DNA from: a candidate division WS6 bacterium OLB20
GTDB lineage: Bacteria; Patescibacteriota; Dojkabacteria; B142; OLB20
Reading direction: 5' to 3'
Assembly: GCA_001567355.1 (NCBI GenBank)
Contig: JYNZ01000004.1
Location: 18,262-82,261, forward strand
Length of the DNA: 64,000 nt
Shown: positions 1 through 9,807 of the stretch, piece by piece
Position numbering within the stretch: the first letter of the stretch is position 1
How the letters are laid out: every line of letters starts with the position of its first letter
The notes under the pieces: generated by a model
Database searches by the model: none
Told to the model about the DNA's origin: nothing
What the model saw: only the letters and a program-made list of their open reading frames with translations
Position numbers and translations under genes: made by a program

Positions 1-2
1 TG

Positions 3-632
3 CCTGCTGAATGGCATCTTAAGGGGAAAGATGATTCTGTCAGGCTTGGAAGGGCACTGTTTGCAGTTTCGCGTTTTCTGGCAGGATCAGCAGAACTGGT
101 ATCTGACAGACTTGAGGCGGATGGAATTCTCCCTGACGGTTTTCGCTTTCAGGACAGAGATCTTGCGCAGCTTTTTGCCAACCAGTATCAGCAGAATGAA
201 CATGTGAGGGCTTTGTTGCATACAATTGCACGGCATGAGGTTCGTGAGGCAGATTACTCGCTGGGTGCCGCCAGCTGTATTGGTGCGCTTGTTCACCTGG
301 GTGATGCACTGATGACGCATCAGGTAGAGCAGGCAGGAATCGAAAGCATTCTTGGCTTTGAGCATGCCACGGTTGAGAATGTTTACCGCTGCTATGTCCT
401 TATCTGCAATGAACTGATGCATGATCTGAATGACGCGTACATAACTGCAACGTTTGCAAAGCACGGCTTCACACTGGCAGAAAAAGGACGAATGACGTCG
501 GCCGAGGATATTGATGCTTCTGCAGATGTTGATCTGCTGAATATTGCCGGTGCAAAGCTGACACGGATTAAACAGGGTGATCGGGCTCAGTCTGTCAATC
601 AGCTGCGCTGGATCAGACTTAAGAAATCCTGA
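3..632 (+). CDS. Hypothetical protein, 3' fragment; the 5' end lies upstream of the window.
   Basis: Frame 3 is open from the window edge to the stop at 630-632 and is longer than the ORF-track fragment 204..632. No recognisable motif. Confidence 0.4.
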   Translation, partial: PAEWHLKGKDDSVRLGRALFAVSRFLAGSAELVSDRLEADGILPDGFRFQDRDLAQLFANQYQQNEHVRALLHTIARHEVREADYSLGAASCIGALVHLGDALMTHQVEQAGIESILGFEHATVENVYRCYVLICNELMHDLNDAYITATFAKHGFTLAEKGRMTSAEDIDASADVDLLNIAGAKLTRIKQGDRAQSVNQLRWIRLKKS

Positions 633-635
633 CGT

Positions 636-1361
636 TCAGTAACGCGGCATCATCACCCCGGCAGCAAGGTCGTTCAGGTAGCGCTCAGCATCAAAACTGA
701 TACCAAAGCCCTCCTCCAGTATGATCTTCGCGACATAGATGTTCCCTTTGACATTAGGATGCATGTAGTCTGTCTCGCCAGGTTTGATACCCTCCACAGC
801 GTTCCCCGATGAAGCGAACGTGTAGAAGCCCTGCAGGTCAAATGCCTGCAACTTTCTAAACAGGTCAATCCTGCTGTCTGCCTTCAGGTCTTCGTATTCC
901 CGGTTGTATTCTTTTATCTTGCTGTTGTAGGTAATGTTGTAACTTGACGTGCTTGTACAGAAGATGGTCCTGGCTCCTGTCTCCTGAATCATACTAAGGA
1001 GCAGGTCATTCAGTCTCCCGCTTTCTTCGGGTGTGATCCCGTCATGCCGGTCATTTGAGCTTGCAACGTAAATAACGAGATCTGGCTTGTGCTGCCCGAC
1101 TGCGGTATCAAATCTGTCGAGCAGGTCCTGCACGGTTGCACCGTCATAACCGCTGTTGATAAATCTGATGCCCCATGAAGCCTGCTTCCAGGATTCATCA
1201 GTCATCAGTTCCTCCTTGAGAACGTATTCGACAACTTCACGCCAGTTGGGATGTACCCATTCGGTAGAGGTGATCGAGTCACCGAGACACACAATGGTAA
1301 ATCTTGCGTCACTGTCCAGTTTGTTTTGAACGTAAGCGATCGGGTCTTTGGAAAAACTCAT
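636..1361 (-). CDS. SGNH/GDSL-family hydrolase (lipase or acylhydrolase-like).
   Basis: N-terminal GDS block 'IVCLGDSITS'; length about 240 aa typical of SGNH hydrolases. Confidence 0.65.
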   Translation of the reverse strand: MSFSKDPIAYVQNKLDSDARFTIVCLGDSITSTEWVHPNWREVVEYVLKEELMTDESWKQASWGIRFINSGYDGATVQDLLDRFDTAVGQHKPDLVIYVASSNDRHDGITPEESGRLNDLLLSMIQETGARTIFCTSTSSYNITYNSKIKEYNREYEDLKADSRIDLFRKLQAFDLQGFYTFASSGNAVEGIKPGETDYMHPNVKGNIYVAKIILEEGFGISFDAERYLNDLAAGVMMPRY

Positions 1362-1990
1362 GATGATGGTAATTCCCGGCTGACACCAGCCTTGTCAAAG
1401 ACAATATTCCAGCCTGCAGTAAAATCCTCTCTGCTCTGTACAAATCTGAATGGCTCCCAGCCCAGGTCAAGGTAGATCTTGCATGCGACCCATGATGGTG
1501 TCTGCGAATGCAGAAAGGCTTTTTTGTGACCGAGCTCTGCCATACGTTGCATAGTTTTTGTGATCAATGGCTTTGAGAGCCCGCGTCCCTTGTAATCCTC
1601 CCGCATGGCAACCCAGTGCAGATGCCCTGTCACGTTTTCAGGTAACTCCTCTGCGTCAGATGCCGGCTCAGGCAGGCCCGGCTGTCCCTCAAGAAACATG
1701 TAGGCCGTTGCAGTACCAACGGGCAGACTGTCACTGCTAAGTAAAAACAGGCAGCGTTCTTTCAGCAAACCTATGCTGTTGCCGTAGTACCGGTCAAATT
1801 CACTGTGCGCTTTCTCCACGGATTCAACATCTCCCGAACTTGCCTCAATCTCGCACCAGTGATCAATATCTGTCTGAGATCCGTCAAAATACCTGAAACT
1901 GTATCCATCAGGAAGCGGCATGACCTCCACATCATTGAGATTGTGATGCAGCATGAAAACGTCGTAATAGGGTACTGTTTTGTCTACCAT
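1358..1990 (-). CDS. GNAT-family N-acetyltransferase.
   Basis: Acetyl-CoA binding region 'HLHWVAMREDYKGRGLSKPLITKTMQRMAELGHKKAFL' fits the GNAT fold. Overlaps the downstream gene by 4 nt (operon-like). Confidence 0.6.
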   Translation of the reverse strand: MVDKTVPYYDVFMLHHNLNDVEVMPLPDGYSFRYFDGSQTDIDHWCEIEASSGDVESVEKAHSEFDRYYGNSIGLLKERCLFLLSSDSLPVGTATAYMFLEGQPGLPEPASDAEELPENVTGHLHWVAMREDYKGRGLSKPLITKTMQRMAELGHKKAFLHSQTPSWVACKIYLDLGWEPFRFVQSREDFTAGWNIVFDKAGVSRELPSS

Positions 1991-2053
1991 GGGATTGCTT
2001 GAATTACGACATTATACCTGAAAGTAACAGAAGACAGGTGATATAGTAGTCGC

Positions 2054-2789
2054 ATGAACAAACGTGCAGCAAAATTCATACTGTTTGCTCATGCCAGAAG
2101 CGGCAGCAGTTCACTTGCCTGGCTGCTTGATGCTTCAAAAGACGTTGATCTGGTGTTTGAGCCATTCTCGGACAACTTTACAAAGTATAATCCCGGCAAA
2201 CCTGACTATGCTTCCAGGGTCAGCTCACCCGAGACTGTGGACGCTGTCCTGGATGATATTTTTTTTGGAGTACAATGCTCTCAAGGATCTGATGTACCGC
2301 AAGAGTATTGCAATCTATGAGCGCATGCTGATGCGTCCGGATGTGAAGATACTGCTTCTGACAAGGCGCAATCTGCTGATGTCGGCAATATCCGGCCAGA
2401 TTGCCGAGCAGACGGGCATCTGGCAGACATGGGATAAAAAAGATGATGACGGGCAGAACAAACTCGAGGCATTAAGCATTCCCCGACTTGAGCGCACTGT
2501 AAAGTACCTCTCCGAGATGGTAGATCACTATTCTGCGTTCCTGCAGAAGTACAGACCCGATGATCATCTCCACCTCGTCTACGAATATTTTTACACAGAG
2601 GATCGGGAGCTCAACTATAAGAATGTTACTGATGTCTGCAGCTTTCTCAGTGTATCGCTTCCACCGTCTGAGTTTATTGACCGGTATATGCAACCCGAAA
2701 ATGCCCGTCTGGGCAGCAGCGATCTGCTGAAACAAATCCCCAACTACCAGGATATAATGGATTACTTTTCAAAACACACGCATGAGTAA
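2054..2789 (+). CDS. Stf0-like sulfotransferase, interrupted by a +1 frameshift in a T8 run (2259-2266).
   Basis: P-loop/PAPS 5'-PSB motif 'FAHARSGSSSLAWLL'. ORFs 2054..2320 and 2064..2789 join into one ~245 aa protein if T8 is read as T7 ('...DDIFFEYNALKDLMYRKS...'). Confidence 0.65.
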
Positions 2790-3234
2790 AGAAGAACGTC
2801 TGCAGATTAAAGTCGCAGTATATGTTGCTCTGGAGAGGGATGGATCGTTCTATTTTCTGCGCCGTAAAAATACCGGCTGGCAGGATGGAATGCTGACGCT
2901 CCCGTCAGGGCATGTCGATAGAGGTGAATATCCCAGCGATGCCGCTGTGCGTGAGCTGGCTGAAGAAACAGGCATAGTTGTTGAGCCTGAGCAGCTTGAA
3001 CTTCTGGGTACTGTCTACCGCCGTGACCGCTATGTTGATTTTTATTTTGTAGCCCATGACTGGACAGGCGAACCAGAATTAGCAGAGCCTGAAAAGGCCA
3101 GCGAAGGCATCTGGACCACGCCTGACAGAGATGACCTGATCGATGGCGGAGCGGAGGTTATGACAGCTCTGCTGGACGGAGCGGGGTTCGTTGAGTACAC
3201 CAATGAGGATTATGAACCCCCTATCAGCTCCTAG
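2782..3234 (+). CDS. NUDIX hydrolase.
   Basis: Nudix box 'GHVDRGEYPSDAAVRELAEETGI' (GX5EX7REUXEEXGU). Confidence 0.8.
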   Translation: MSKEERLQIKVAVYVALERDGSFYFLRRKNTGWQDGMLTLPSGHVDRGEYPSDAAVRELAEETGIVVEPEQLELLGTVYRRDRYVDFYFVAHDWTGEPELAEPEKASEGIWTTPDRDDLIDGGAEVMTALLDGAGFVEYTNEDYEPPISS

Positions 3235-3743
3235 AAAACCCTCTCTCTGTATATGATCTCGACAAGATTGCTTCCAACCGGGCGTCTGATATCAAGGAGA
3301 AGCTGCCTGCCTGTTTTGTCGGCTGATATCGTTTTATAGTAGTTATACGTCTCGTATGGTCCTGCATCAGCGGCAGAAGAAATACGCCACGTCTCACGTT
3401 CCACTTCTTCGCTAAAAAAGGTAAAGATTTGTTCAGGATTATCGGGTGAAGTCGAACGTACACTGAAATTGTCCGAGTCATTAGGGCTGCACTTTACCTC
3501 TGTGACTGTGGATCCGGAATAGAATGGAATATCATCCGGCCAGTTTGAGGGCAGTTGATCCTGCGCGGTAATGAAGCAGTTTTCCACCCGTCGTACCGGA
3601 GTGGTTTCCGGTATCTCTGATACAGTGGTTTCGGTATCCATGGTTGTGGTTCCTGTATCACTACCAGGCGACACTGATGGATTGCCGGCACTGCAGGCTG
3701 ACAGAAGTAAGGCAAGGGTCACAAGGGATATACACTTACTCAT
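3231..3743 (-). CDS. Lipoprotein.
   Basis: Signal peptide with lipobox 'LALLLSAC'; Thr/Ser-rich linker; no catalytic motif recognised. Confidence 0.55.
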   Translation of the reverse strand: MSKCISLVTLALLLSACSAGNPSVSPGSDTGTTTMDTETTVSEIPETTPVRRVENCFITAQDQLPSNWPDDIPFYSGSTVTEVKCSPNDSDNFSVRSTSPDNPEQIFTFFSEEVERETWRISSAADAGPYETYNYYKTISADKTGRQLLLDIRRPVGSNLVEIIYRERVF

Positions 3744-3862
3744 GTTTGAAAAACAGATGAAGTATATGTCTGAAGTATACTCTTTCCGTAACAGTCTACA
3801 AGTGCTGAGAACTTATTGCTCTGTTTATGTTAGAGTAGGCAATAATTGTTACGTCAAACACA

Positions 3863-4249
3863 TGCAGCTCGGAGCATTCTCACTCAGCCTTTCTGTTAAA
3901 GACATTCACAAATCAAAGGAGTTTTATGAAAAGCTCGGCTTTACAGAGGCTGGCGGACACATCGGACAGAACTGGATTATGATGCGCAACGGCGACTGTC
4001 TGATCGGACTGTTTCAGGATATGTTTGAGGGGAATATTCTGACCTTTACACCGGGCTGGGACAGCTCTGCAAAGGAGCTCGACAGTTATACCGATGTGCG
4101 CGAACTGCAGAAGCAACTGAAAGAAAAGGGCATCGAGCTTACAGAAACGGTAGACGAGGACGGAAGCGGCCCCGGACATTTTTACGCTTACCGATCCCGA
4201 CGGAAACGCAATCCTTGTTGATCAGCATGTCGGCGGGGACAGTGATTGA
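3863..4249 (+). CDS. VOC (glyoxalase/bleomycin-resistance/dioxygenase) family protein with an apparent frameshift in a T5 run (~4179-4183).
   Basis: 'SLSVKDIHKSKEFYEKLGFTE' beta-alpha-beta-beta-beta module. The C-terminus 'HFTLTDPDGNAILVDQ' typical of the family is recovered in the +1 frame after 'cattttt'. The N-terminal part of track ORF 3571..4221 is antisense to the lipoprotein and is not used. Confidence 0.65.
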
Positions 4250-4331
4250 GTAAAACTGCTGCAGCCTGTATAATTACCTGCACAAATACCGTACGGTACT
4301 CCAGCCAGTTGGCTGCGGGCACCTGCTATAT

Positions 4332-4403
4332 GGCCCTATCGTCTAACGGTTAGGACGACAGATTCTCAATCTGTTAATCCGGGTTCGATTCCCGGTAGGG
4401 TCA
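4332..4403 (+). tRNA. tRNA-Glu, anticodon CUC; no CCA encoded.
   Basis: Manual cloverleaf: acceptor GGCCCTA/TAGGGTC (one GU pair), D-stem GTCT/GGAC, anticodon stem ACAGA/TCTGT with loop TTCTCAA (anticodon CTC), T-stem CCGGG/CCCGG with loop TTCGATT, discriminator A. Confidence 0.7.
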
Positions 4404-4478
4404 TAAAAAATAACCGCCTCCCCTCATTAACCTAATTCATCAGATTGCTCTCTCGTAAGCGGACGTCAGGTGCTATAA

Positions 4479-5013
4479 TTGTTATATATAGCAATTGACG
4501 AATTGGAAACATCATTCAGGTGTTTACCTGCCGATCTGGTAACCGCCGGCCGAAATCATAATACATTTTACATCAGGTATCTGCCTCCAAAAGTGCAGCT
4601 TGCCGGCTATGCGGTGCAGGAGGTAAACATCGGTGACAACCTGGCTGTGATTCCGCCTGGAGAAGCCGCCATATCAGGCGAGTTCGTATTCTGCAAAGCA
4701 GTTATAGCCAGACAGGCAGACACGTTGTTTTTTTATCATAACCTTCCCGAGGATTCTAATCTGCTGCTCGGTTTTATTCCTGATCTGGAATATCGGGGGG
4801 ATACTGGACATTGCGCAGGGTAAGCTGTTTGACGAGACGCTGGTAATCGGCCGAGATCCCGAGGAGACCGGAGTGAACATTGCACGGTATACTCACAGGC
4901 TTCAGTACATTGCTCTGCCGGAACCAACAGATGAGCAGCGGCATTTTCATGTGCTGGTCTATAACAATGGTTGCCCGTCTGTTGCCGATTTCGATCTCTG
5001 GCTGACAAGGTAA
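4479..5013 (+). CDS. Hypothetical protein (~177 aa) recovered across a frameshift in a G6 run (~4795-4800).
   Basis: Track ORF 4479..4823 continues in the +1 frame as clean protein-like sequence ('...KLFDETLVIGRDPEETGVNIARYTHRLQYIALPEPTDEQRHFHVLVYNNGCPSVADFDLWLTR*') ending at 5011-5013. No family recognised. Confidence 0.4.
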
Positions 5014-5028
5014 GGATCAGCACGGTAT

Positions 5029-5060
5029 AAAAAAATGACCCGCTGAGGCGGGTCTTTAGT
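5029..5060. terminator. Rho-independent terminator hairpin, mainly serving the minus-strand gene at 5076-5367.
   Basis: GACCCGC-tgag-GCGGGTC stem (5038-5055) flanked by A6 upstream (a T-run on the minus strand) and TTT downstream. Confidence 0.5.
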
Positions 5061-5075
5061 ATTATCACGGAAAAG

Positions 5076-5367
5076 CTACTGACTCATTTCCTTTCGCATT
5101 TCATCTATTCGCGTTTTGAGGTCCTCGAGTGCTGACTTTGCGCGGTCCGAGCCTTCCTCTGCGGATTCTTCAAGCTGCTGTCTGCGTTCTTCAATCATTG
5201 CGCCCAGTTCGTCTGCGCGTTCTTCAAACGTTTTTACCATCACCGGTATCCATGTTGTTGATCCTGTCGCGCAGATCCGAAAGACGTTCCTGCACGTCCT
5301 CGCCAGCCTGTGAAAGGCTTTGCTCGAGAGTATTCTTAAGATCCTCAAGTTTCTGCTGCATATCCAT
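5076..5367 (-). CDS. Small acidic coiled-coil protein (~97 aa) with a frameshift at a T5/A5 run (~5231-5235).
   Basis: Heptad-like charged sequence 'MDMQQKLEDLKNTLEQSLSQAGEDVQERLSDLRDRINNMDTGDGK|TFEERADELGAMIEERRQQLEESAEEGSDRAKSALEDLKTRIDEMRKEMSQ'. The two halves are in frames offset by one base. Confidence 0.45.
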
Positions 5368-5451
5368 GAGTATGTGTTAAGAAATAATATACAACGGGTA
5401 TTAAAATACTACATTTGTATTATTTTGATGTCAACTTCATCGGTGACACTC

Positions 5452-6782
5452 TCATACGCGCTGCAGCTCTTTTACTATCATGTCGGTTGTGTAAAGAACT
5501 GACACCAGATGATCGGTGTATACACCCTCATAACGGCTGTGGCGCCAGGCGCCAGCCTCGGCTGGACCGATTACGATGTAGTTGTCGGGAACGTTGTCTG
5601 TGATGGTTCCGATTGTTGCAATATTTCCGACAAAGGTTGCCTCTCTATCTTTAAACCGCGTCAGCAGTGGGGCGCTTGTGTCAGATAAGCCTGTCAGTGG
5701 TCTTGCATACTGCTGCCAGGGGTAGTGTTGTTTCAGTGCCTGACCTGCCAGTCTGCGCAGCTGGTCGGAGATGGCAGATCGGCGTTCCGGGACTAACGAC
5801 TGTTCACGCAGGACATTGTCAGGTGTCGACTTCTCAAAGGCAATACCGTTACGGTACATTACAGATGCTACATGGTGACCGATATCGTTTGTTGCAGCTG
5901 GAATCTCGTCTGGTACCAGATTGACTGAGAATGCTCCATTCTGCGATATCAGCGGACTGTGAGGCCCTGCCGACTCGGCAACTTTCATCTGCACACGGTA
6001 CAGATCAAGCAGACCGGGTTTTCGAGCAGGGTGCACGCTTACATTAAGATTGCTGCGGATGCTGCTGACAAAGCATCCGGCAATTCCTCCGGTCGCTCCC
6101 AGTCGATGTTAGCCATGGTTGAATAAAGCGACCGGTAGAGGCGGTCGCCCCCGAAACTGCCTCCTATCTCCTCGTCAGTAGTTACCATAAAAACGGGCGG
6201 CAGGTAGCCCTGATCCTGCAGAAGTAGAGCCAGCAGCGGACCAAGACCGGCCTGACCCTTCATGTCATTTGCGCCACGGGCGTATACAAGTCCCTTCTTC
6301 CTGTCATGATGTGTACTCAGAGTACTTAACGATGACGCCGATCTGCTTAGGGGATATGCATCAAGATGAAAATGTACAACAGGATGATTGATCCTGACTG
6401 TTTCATTATTTTTTGCATGGTAGTTTCCGACTGCAGCATCAACCTCTGACTTGAAAGTATCCGGATAGATGATCATTGCCTCCCGGTCTGCAAACTCGCA
6501 CGGGACGCGGGCAAACGACATGTCTCTGACACCTGCTGCAGTCATCAGCCCGGTGTAGTAATCGAGAATGCCTGCAAAATCAGGACCGTTTACCATTGTC
6601 GTGTTGAATGCGCACAGCGATGCAAGTGTAGTATTGATGACACCTTCCAGCTCAGCACGGTCGTTCTGCCATGCGCGTGTGGCGATACGTTTGCCAAGCA
6701 TGTCAGCAGCAACCGGTTTTACCAGTTCAAGCCGTTCAAAGGATGGCCTGTGTTCAAAAAAAATGCGTGAACATGGCGTCAA
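5452..6782 (-). CDS. M20-family metallopeptidase (ArgE/DapE/carboxypeptidase-like), split by a frameshift near 6036-6110.
   Basis: 'GANDMKGQAG' (GxxDxKG) and 'TDEEIGG' metal-ligand motifs in the N-terminal ORF 6039..6782. The C-terminal part is in ORF 5452..6036 in another frame. Confidence 0.65.
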
Positions 6783-6880
6783 TTATACTCCTGTCTTGCG
6801 GGATAACCAAACGGTGCAGGGTAATCCGGCTTCGTAGTTGCGCATAAACATGGTATACTAATATATCTAGTATATCGTAA

Positions 6881-8017
6881 ATGGAGCGGTTACAGTTCAG
6901 ACCACAAAAGGGGATGAGATCGACACTGCTGCGTATCGCTGGTATAGGTGCCGTTGTGCTGCTTGTCAGTGCGTGTGATACGAGACCGGATACAATTGTA
7001 ATGCCGACACTTGCACAGCTGCCGACACTGACAGCTAGTCCGCTGCCTTCAGCGACGCCAGAGCTGACGTTAACACCGACCAATACATTTACAGTGGAAC
7101 CATCGGCTACACATACACCAGAGCCAACGGTGACCGAAACAGCAAGCCCGCCGCCTTCCCCGACGATCACTGATACGGTCACACCCGCTGAGACTCATGT
7201 ACCTGTAGTGACTGCTACAGAGGAATTGCCGCCGGCGGAATCTGAAGCATCAGTAGTATTACCTGATCTCTGTGATCAGGAGAGTCCCTACGTGCAGAGC
7301 CTGATTCGTTTTGCAGAACAGTACGATAACGGCCCGCACGCTTACCGTCAGTTTACATTCTCTATCGCTCATTTTCATCCTCAAAACGGTCTGACACAGT
7401 GTGCAAGCTATGGTGCAGACAGGTCGATGATGATGGCGAGTTCGGTCAAGGGGCTCATAGAACTCTATGCTTCACTTTCCGGGGTTACTGACACAGAAGC
7501 ACGGGATAAAATGATCCTGAACTCAAATAACGGTTCGACCGGTGATGTGCTGCAAAGCGCTTTTGATACGGGATGGATGAATGCAGCGATTCCCCCGGGC
7601 CGTCCGCGCAATCCGATCACAGCATTCAACGCGTTTCTGCATATCATGGGAGCCGATCCCTCGCACGGAATCATGGAGTGGCCGTACGGAGACACCAGTT
7701 CATCCGCTGAAGAGGATACTGCTGTCTCGCTGCTGTCGGTAAATGACATGGTACGGGTATACAGCTCGGCGATTACAATGCGCAATAATCCTCAGATACG
7801 GGATGCAATAACTCGTCTCTCAAGGCGTACAGGCTCATTCAGAAGTCCGCTTGACCGCGTCAGCGAGCAGACCGGACTGCGCTATACCGGCAAGGATGGA
7901 CTGACCTATCCGGGTAACGGCGCCGGCAATAACATTGTGGTATCAGATGCCGGATTTCTTGCTCTTCCGGATGGCAGTTATCTGATCATCGCATTCAGCT
8001 CGAAAAAACGTGGGTGA
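6881..8017 (+). CDS. Lipoprotein with a Thr/Pro-rich linker and a C-terminal SxxK-containing serine-hydrolase/beta-lactamase-like region; possibly extends to ~8095 across an A6 run (8002-8007).
   Basis: Lipobox 'LLVSAC'; ~90 aa T/P/E-rich linker; 'MASSVKG' SxxK motif, but spacing to other class-A boxes is atypical. The +1 frame after 'tcgaaaaaacg' continues 'NVGEWAINNAPNGPVDLIARSITSSQN*'. Confidence 0.45.
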   Translation: MERLQFRPQKGMRSTLLRIAGIGAVVLLVSACDTRPDTIVMPTLAQLPTLTASPLPSATPELTLTPTNTFTVEPSATHTPEPTVTETASPPPSPTITDTVTPAETHVPVVTATEELPPAESEASVVLPDLCDQESPYVQSLIRFAEQYDNGPHAYRQFTFSIAHFHPQNGLTQCASYGADRSMMMASSVKGLIELYASLSGVTDTEARDKMILNSNNGSTGDVLQSAFDTGWMNAAIPPGRPRNPITAFNAFLHIMGADPSHGIMEWPYGDTSSSAEEDTAVSLLSVNDMVRVYSSAITMRNNPQIRDAITRLSRRTGSFRSPLDRVSEQTGLRYTGKDGLTYPGNGAGNNIVVSDAGFLALPDGSYLIIAFSSKKRG

Positions 8018-8086
8018 GTGGGCAATCAATAACGCCCCGAATGGACCGGTCGACCTGATAGCACGGTCAATTACATCCTCACAGAA

Positions 8087-9127
8087 TTAATACCGCAACC
8101 TGAACAGCATATTGTTACTGCTCATTTCAAAAGCGGTTTCAGGGAAGTATATAACCTCGCCTCCGTAGCGCAGTACCTCATGAGCAATATAGTTTGCACC
8201 ATTTGGTGCGATCGGATTTGTGTAATCAGCATCATCCTTGCCAAGCGCTCCGACGATAAGCTTTTCGACCCTGCTGTCGTTTACGGTTGCCATGATTTCG
8301 GCAAATCCCTTTTCGTGCAGCGTTGCGCTTTCCTGCAGGATTTCGTCACTCACCTCAGACATCAGCAGCTCGTGGTGACGTTCTTCAATCAGTTTTCGGA
8401 CTTCGGTTAGCAGTTCGTGCTCGGACATGGATTCAAAACTGCCCTCAAGGTCACCCGGGAATACCGCCATACCCGGCAGCGTGCTTCTGATCGCATCCAG
8501 GTATTCTGCCGGTGAAGCAGGGATGACCCGGTACTTCTCGCGGGTAAGAAAACTTCCGAGCGTTTTCATCTGTGAGCCGATAAACTGCAGGACCAGATCG
8601 TTCTGCTTGTCCTTTCCCTGGGCGGCTCCCTGACCGTGATAGACTGTGTCAGCAGCTTCATGCATCTGGATGGATTTACTCTCCTGTCTCATTCCGGTAA
8701 ATTTCTCAAAGTCTTCAAGTCCTTCGACATGCAATTCCGCCAGGCTGTTACGTTCCACCTTAAAGACAGTCGTACCGGTCCTCGAGAAAATCAGCAGTGT
8801 CAGATTTTCGAGTGCCACACCTCTGTAGTCAAAAAACGGCAGCAGGTAGTAACGCGAGTCGGTACCGTCAAAACTGTATTCGGTCGACAGCGCTTCAGCA
8901 GCTGTAAGCCGGCCGTCTTCGGAGAAGAGGGCAATGGACCTGTTCAGATGCGGACTCGCAAGCATGGACTCGATCTTGCGCACAAGGCCTTCGGAAACAT
9001 CATTTCCTTTTAGCTCCTCTTTTACCTGCAATGCATTCTTGTCATGATCTGCAGGGTCCATCGGGATGTAGACACTCCTGCGGTCGTTGCTGTCAGAGGT
9101 AATCAGTTGCTTCAGTTGTTCTGTCAT
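8087..9127 (-). CDS. Hypothetical protein, possible bacterial eRF1/Pelota-like (baeRF / 'host attachment protein') family.
   Basis: 346 aa soluble protein with a central 'VYHGQGAAQGKDKQ' (GxG/Q-containing loop) and three-domain-like layout. Assignment rests on pattern recall, not alignment. Confidence 0.3.
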   Translation of the reverse strand: MTEQLKQLITSDSNDRRSVYIPMDPADHDKNALQVKEELKGNDVSEGLVRKIESMLASPHLNRSIALFSEDGRLTAAEALSTEYSFDGTDSRYYLLPFFDYRGVALENLTLLIFSRTGTTVFKVERNSLAELHVEGLEDFEKFTGMRQESKSIQMHEAADTVYHGQGAAQGKDKQNDLVLQFIGSQMKTLGSFLTREKYRVIPASPAEYLDAIRSTLPGMAVFPGDLEGSFESMSEHELLTEVRKLIEERHHELLMSEVSDEILQESATLHEKGFAEIMATVNDSRVEKLIVGALGKDDADYTNPIAPNGANYIAHEVLRYGGEVIYFPETAFEMSSNNMLFRLRY

Positions 9128-9143
9128 TGATATTTGGTATAAG

Positions 9144-9365
9144 TTAATCTTTATTTTTTACCCAGTTGCCGTCTTCATTCTTGTAATAGGAACGTTTAAC
9201 TGCTCCCCATGCGATTTTTACTGAACGTTCCTCGCGCGAATCCTCGTCCTCATCGTTATGGCTTTCCCAGGAAGAGTTAAACGCCTCCTTCCAGATCGCC
9301 TGAGCATGCTCGGGCAGTGTGTCCCTGATCTGTTCGGGTAGCTCTGATTTATGCTTGTACGGCAT
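9144..9365 (-). CDS. chaB: ChaB-family protein (putative cation transport regulator).
   Basis: 'MPYKHKSELPEQIRDTLPEHAQAIWKEAFNSSWE...' closely matches the ChaB N-terminal signature; 73 aa. Confidence 0.8.
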   Translation of the reverse strand: MPYKHKSELPEQIRDTLPEHAQAIWKEAFNSSWESHNDEDEDSREERSVKIAWGAVKRSYYKNEDGNWVKNKD

Positions 9366-9367
9366 GA

Positions 9368-9700
9368 CTAGCGTGCTGACCTGTCACGGTAAGAGCGAAA
9401 GCTGTCGGTCAGTACAAGTACAAGCTCGGTCAGTAACCATGCGGCCAGCGCATAAAAGGCGATTGCAATCAGCGTAGAAAACTCAAGCACGTTACCCGGA
9501 TCGACAACATAGGGTTCAAAGATACCCCGGAACGGGCTTAAGAGCGGGGCCGTTGATGTATACAGAAACTCAACAATGTCTGCAGTCGGATTTGCTCCAA
9601 ACAGCCGGAAGAGGAATCTGAAGACAAGACCAAGCATTGCAAGGCCAAAGGTAAAGTTAATCAAACCCACCAGAAAATCACTCAGTGAAAACCTTGACAT
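9368..9700 (-). CDS. YggT-like small integral membrane protein.
   Basis: 110 aa, two to three TM helices, 'LSPFRGIFEPY' region resembling the YggT family. Confidence 0.45.
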   Translation of the reverse strand: MSRFSLSDFLVGLINFTFGLAMLGLVFRFLFRLFGANPTADIVEFLYTSTAPLLSPFRGIFEPYVVDPGNVLEFSTLIAIAFYALAAWLLTELVLVLTDSFRSYRDRSAR

Positions 9701-9807
9701 GAATAGTTTGAGTAAAAATTAATACTATTATGGTATAAAGATACTCCTTTTGTGTCAAATTTGCACCTGTGATAGAATCCCTATCAATTACATTTACTCT
9801 CTTTGAA

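Noticed and set aside
3571-3862. 5' portion of track ORF 3571..4221 (+), giving a 216 aa protein.
   Set aside because: This part is antisense to the signal-peptide-bearing lipoprotein gene and has no protein-like features. The VOC domain begins at the internal ATG at 3863.
4736-5068. 110 aa minus-strand ORF.
   Set aside because: Arg/Ser/Pro-rich junk-like composition, antisense to the repaired plus-strand gene 4479-5013, and it overlaps the terminator hairpin.
6881-8017. Class A beta-lactamase identity for the lipoprotein.
   Set aside because: An SxxK motif is present, but the spacing to SDN- and KTG-like boxes does not fit class A enzymes. Only a generic serine-hydrolase-like call is retained.
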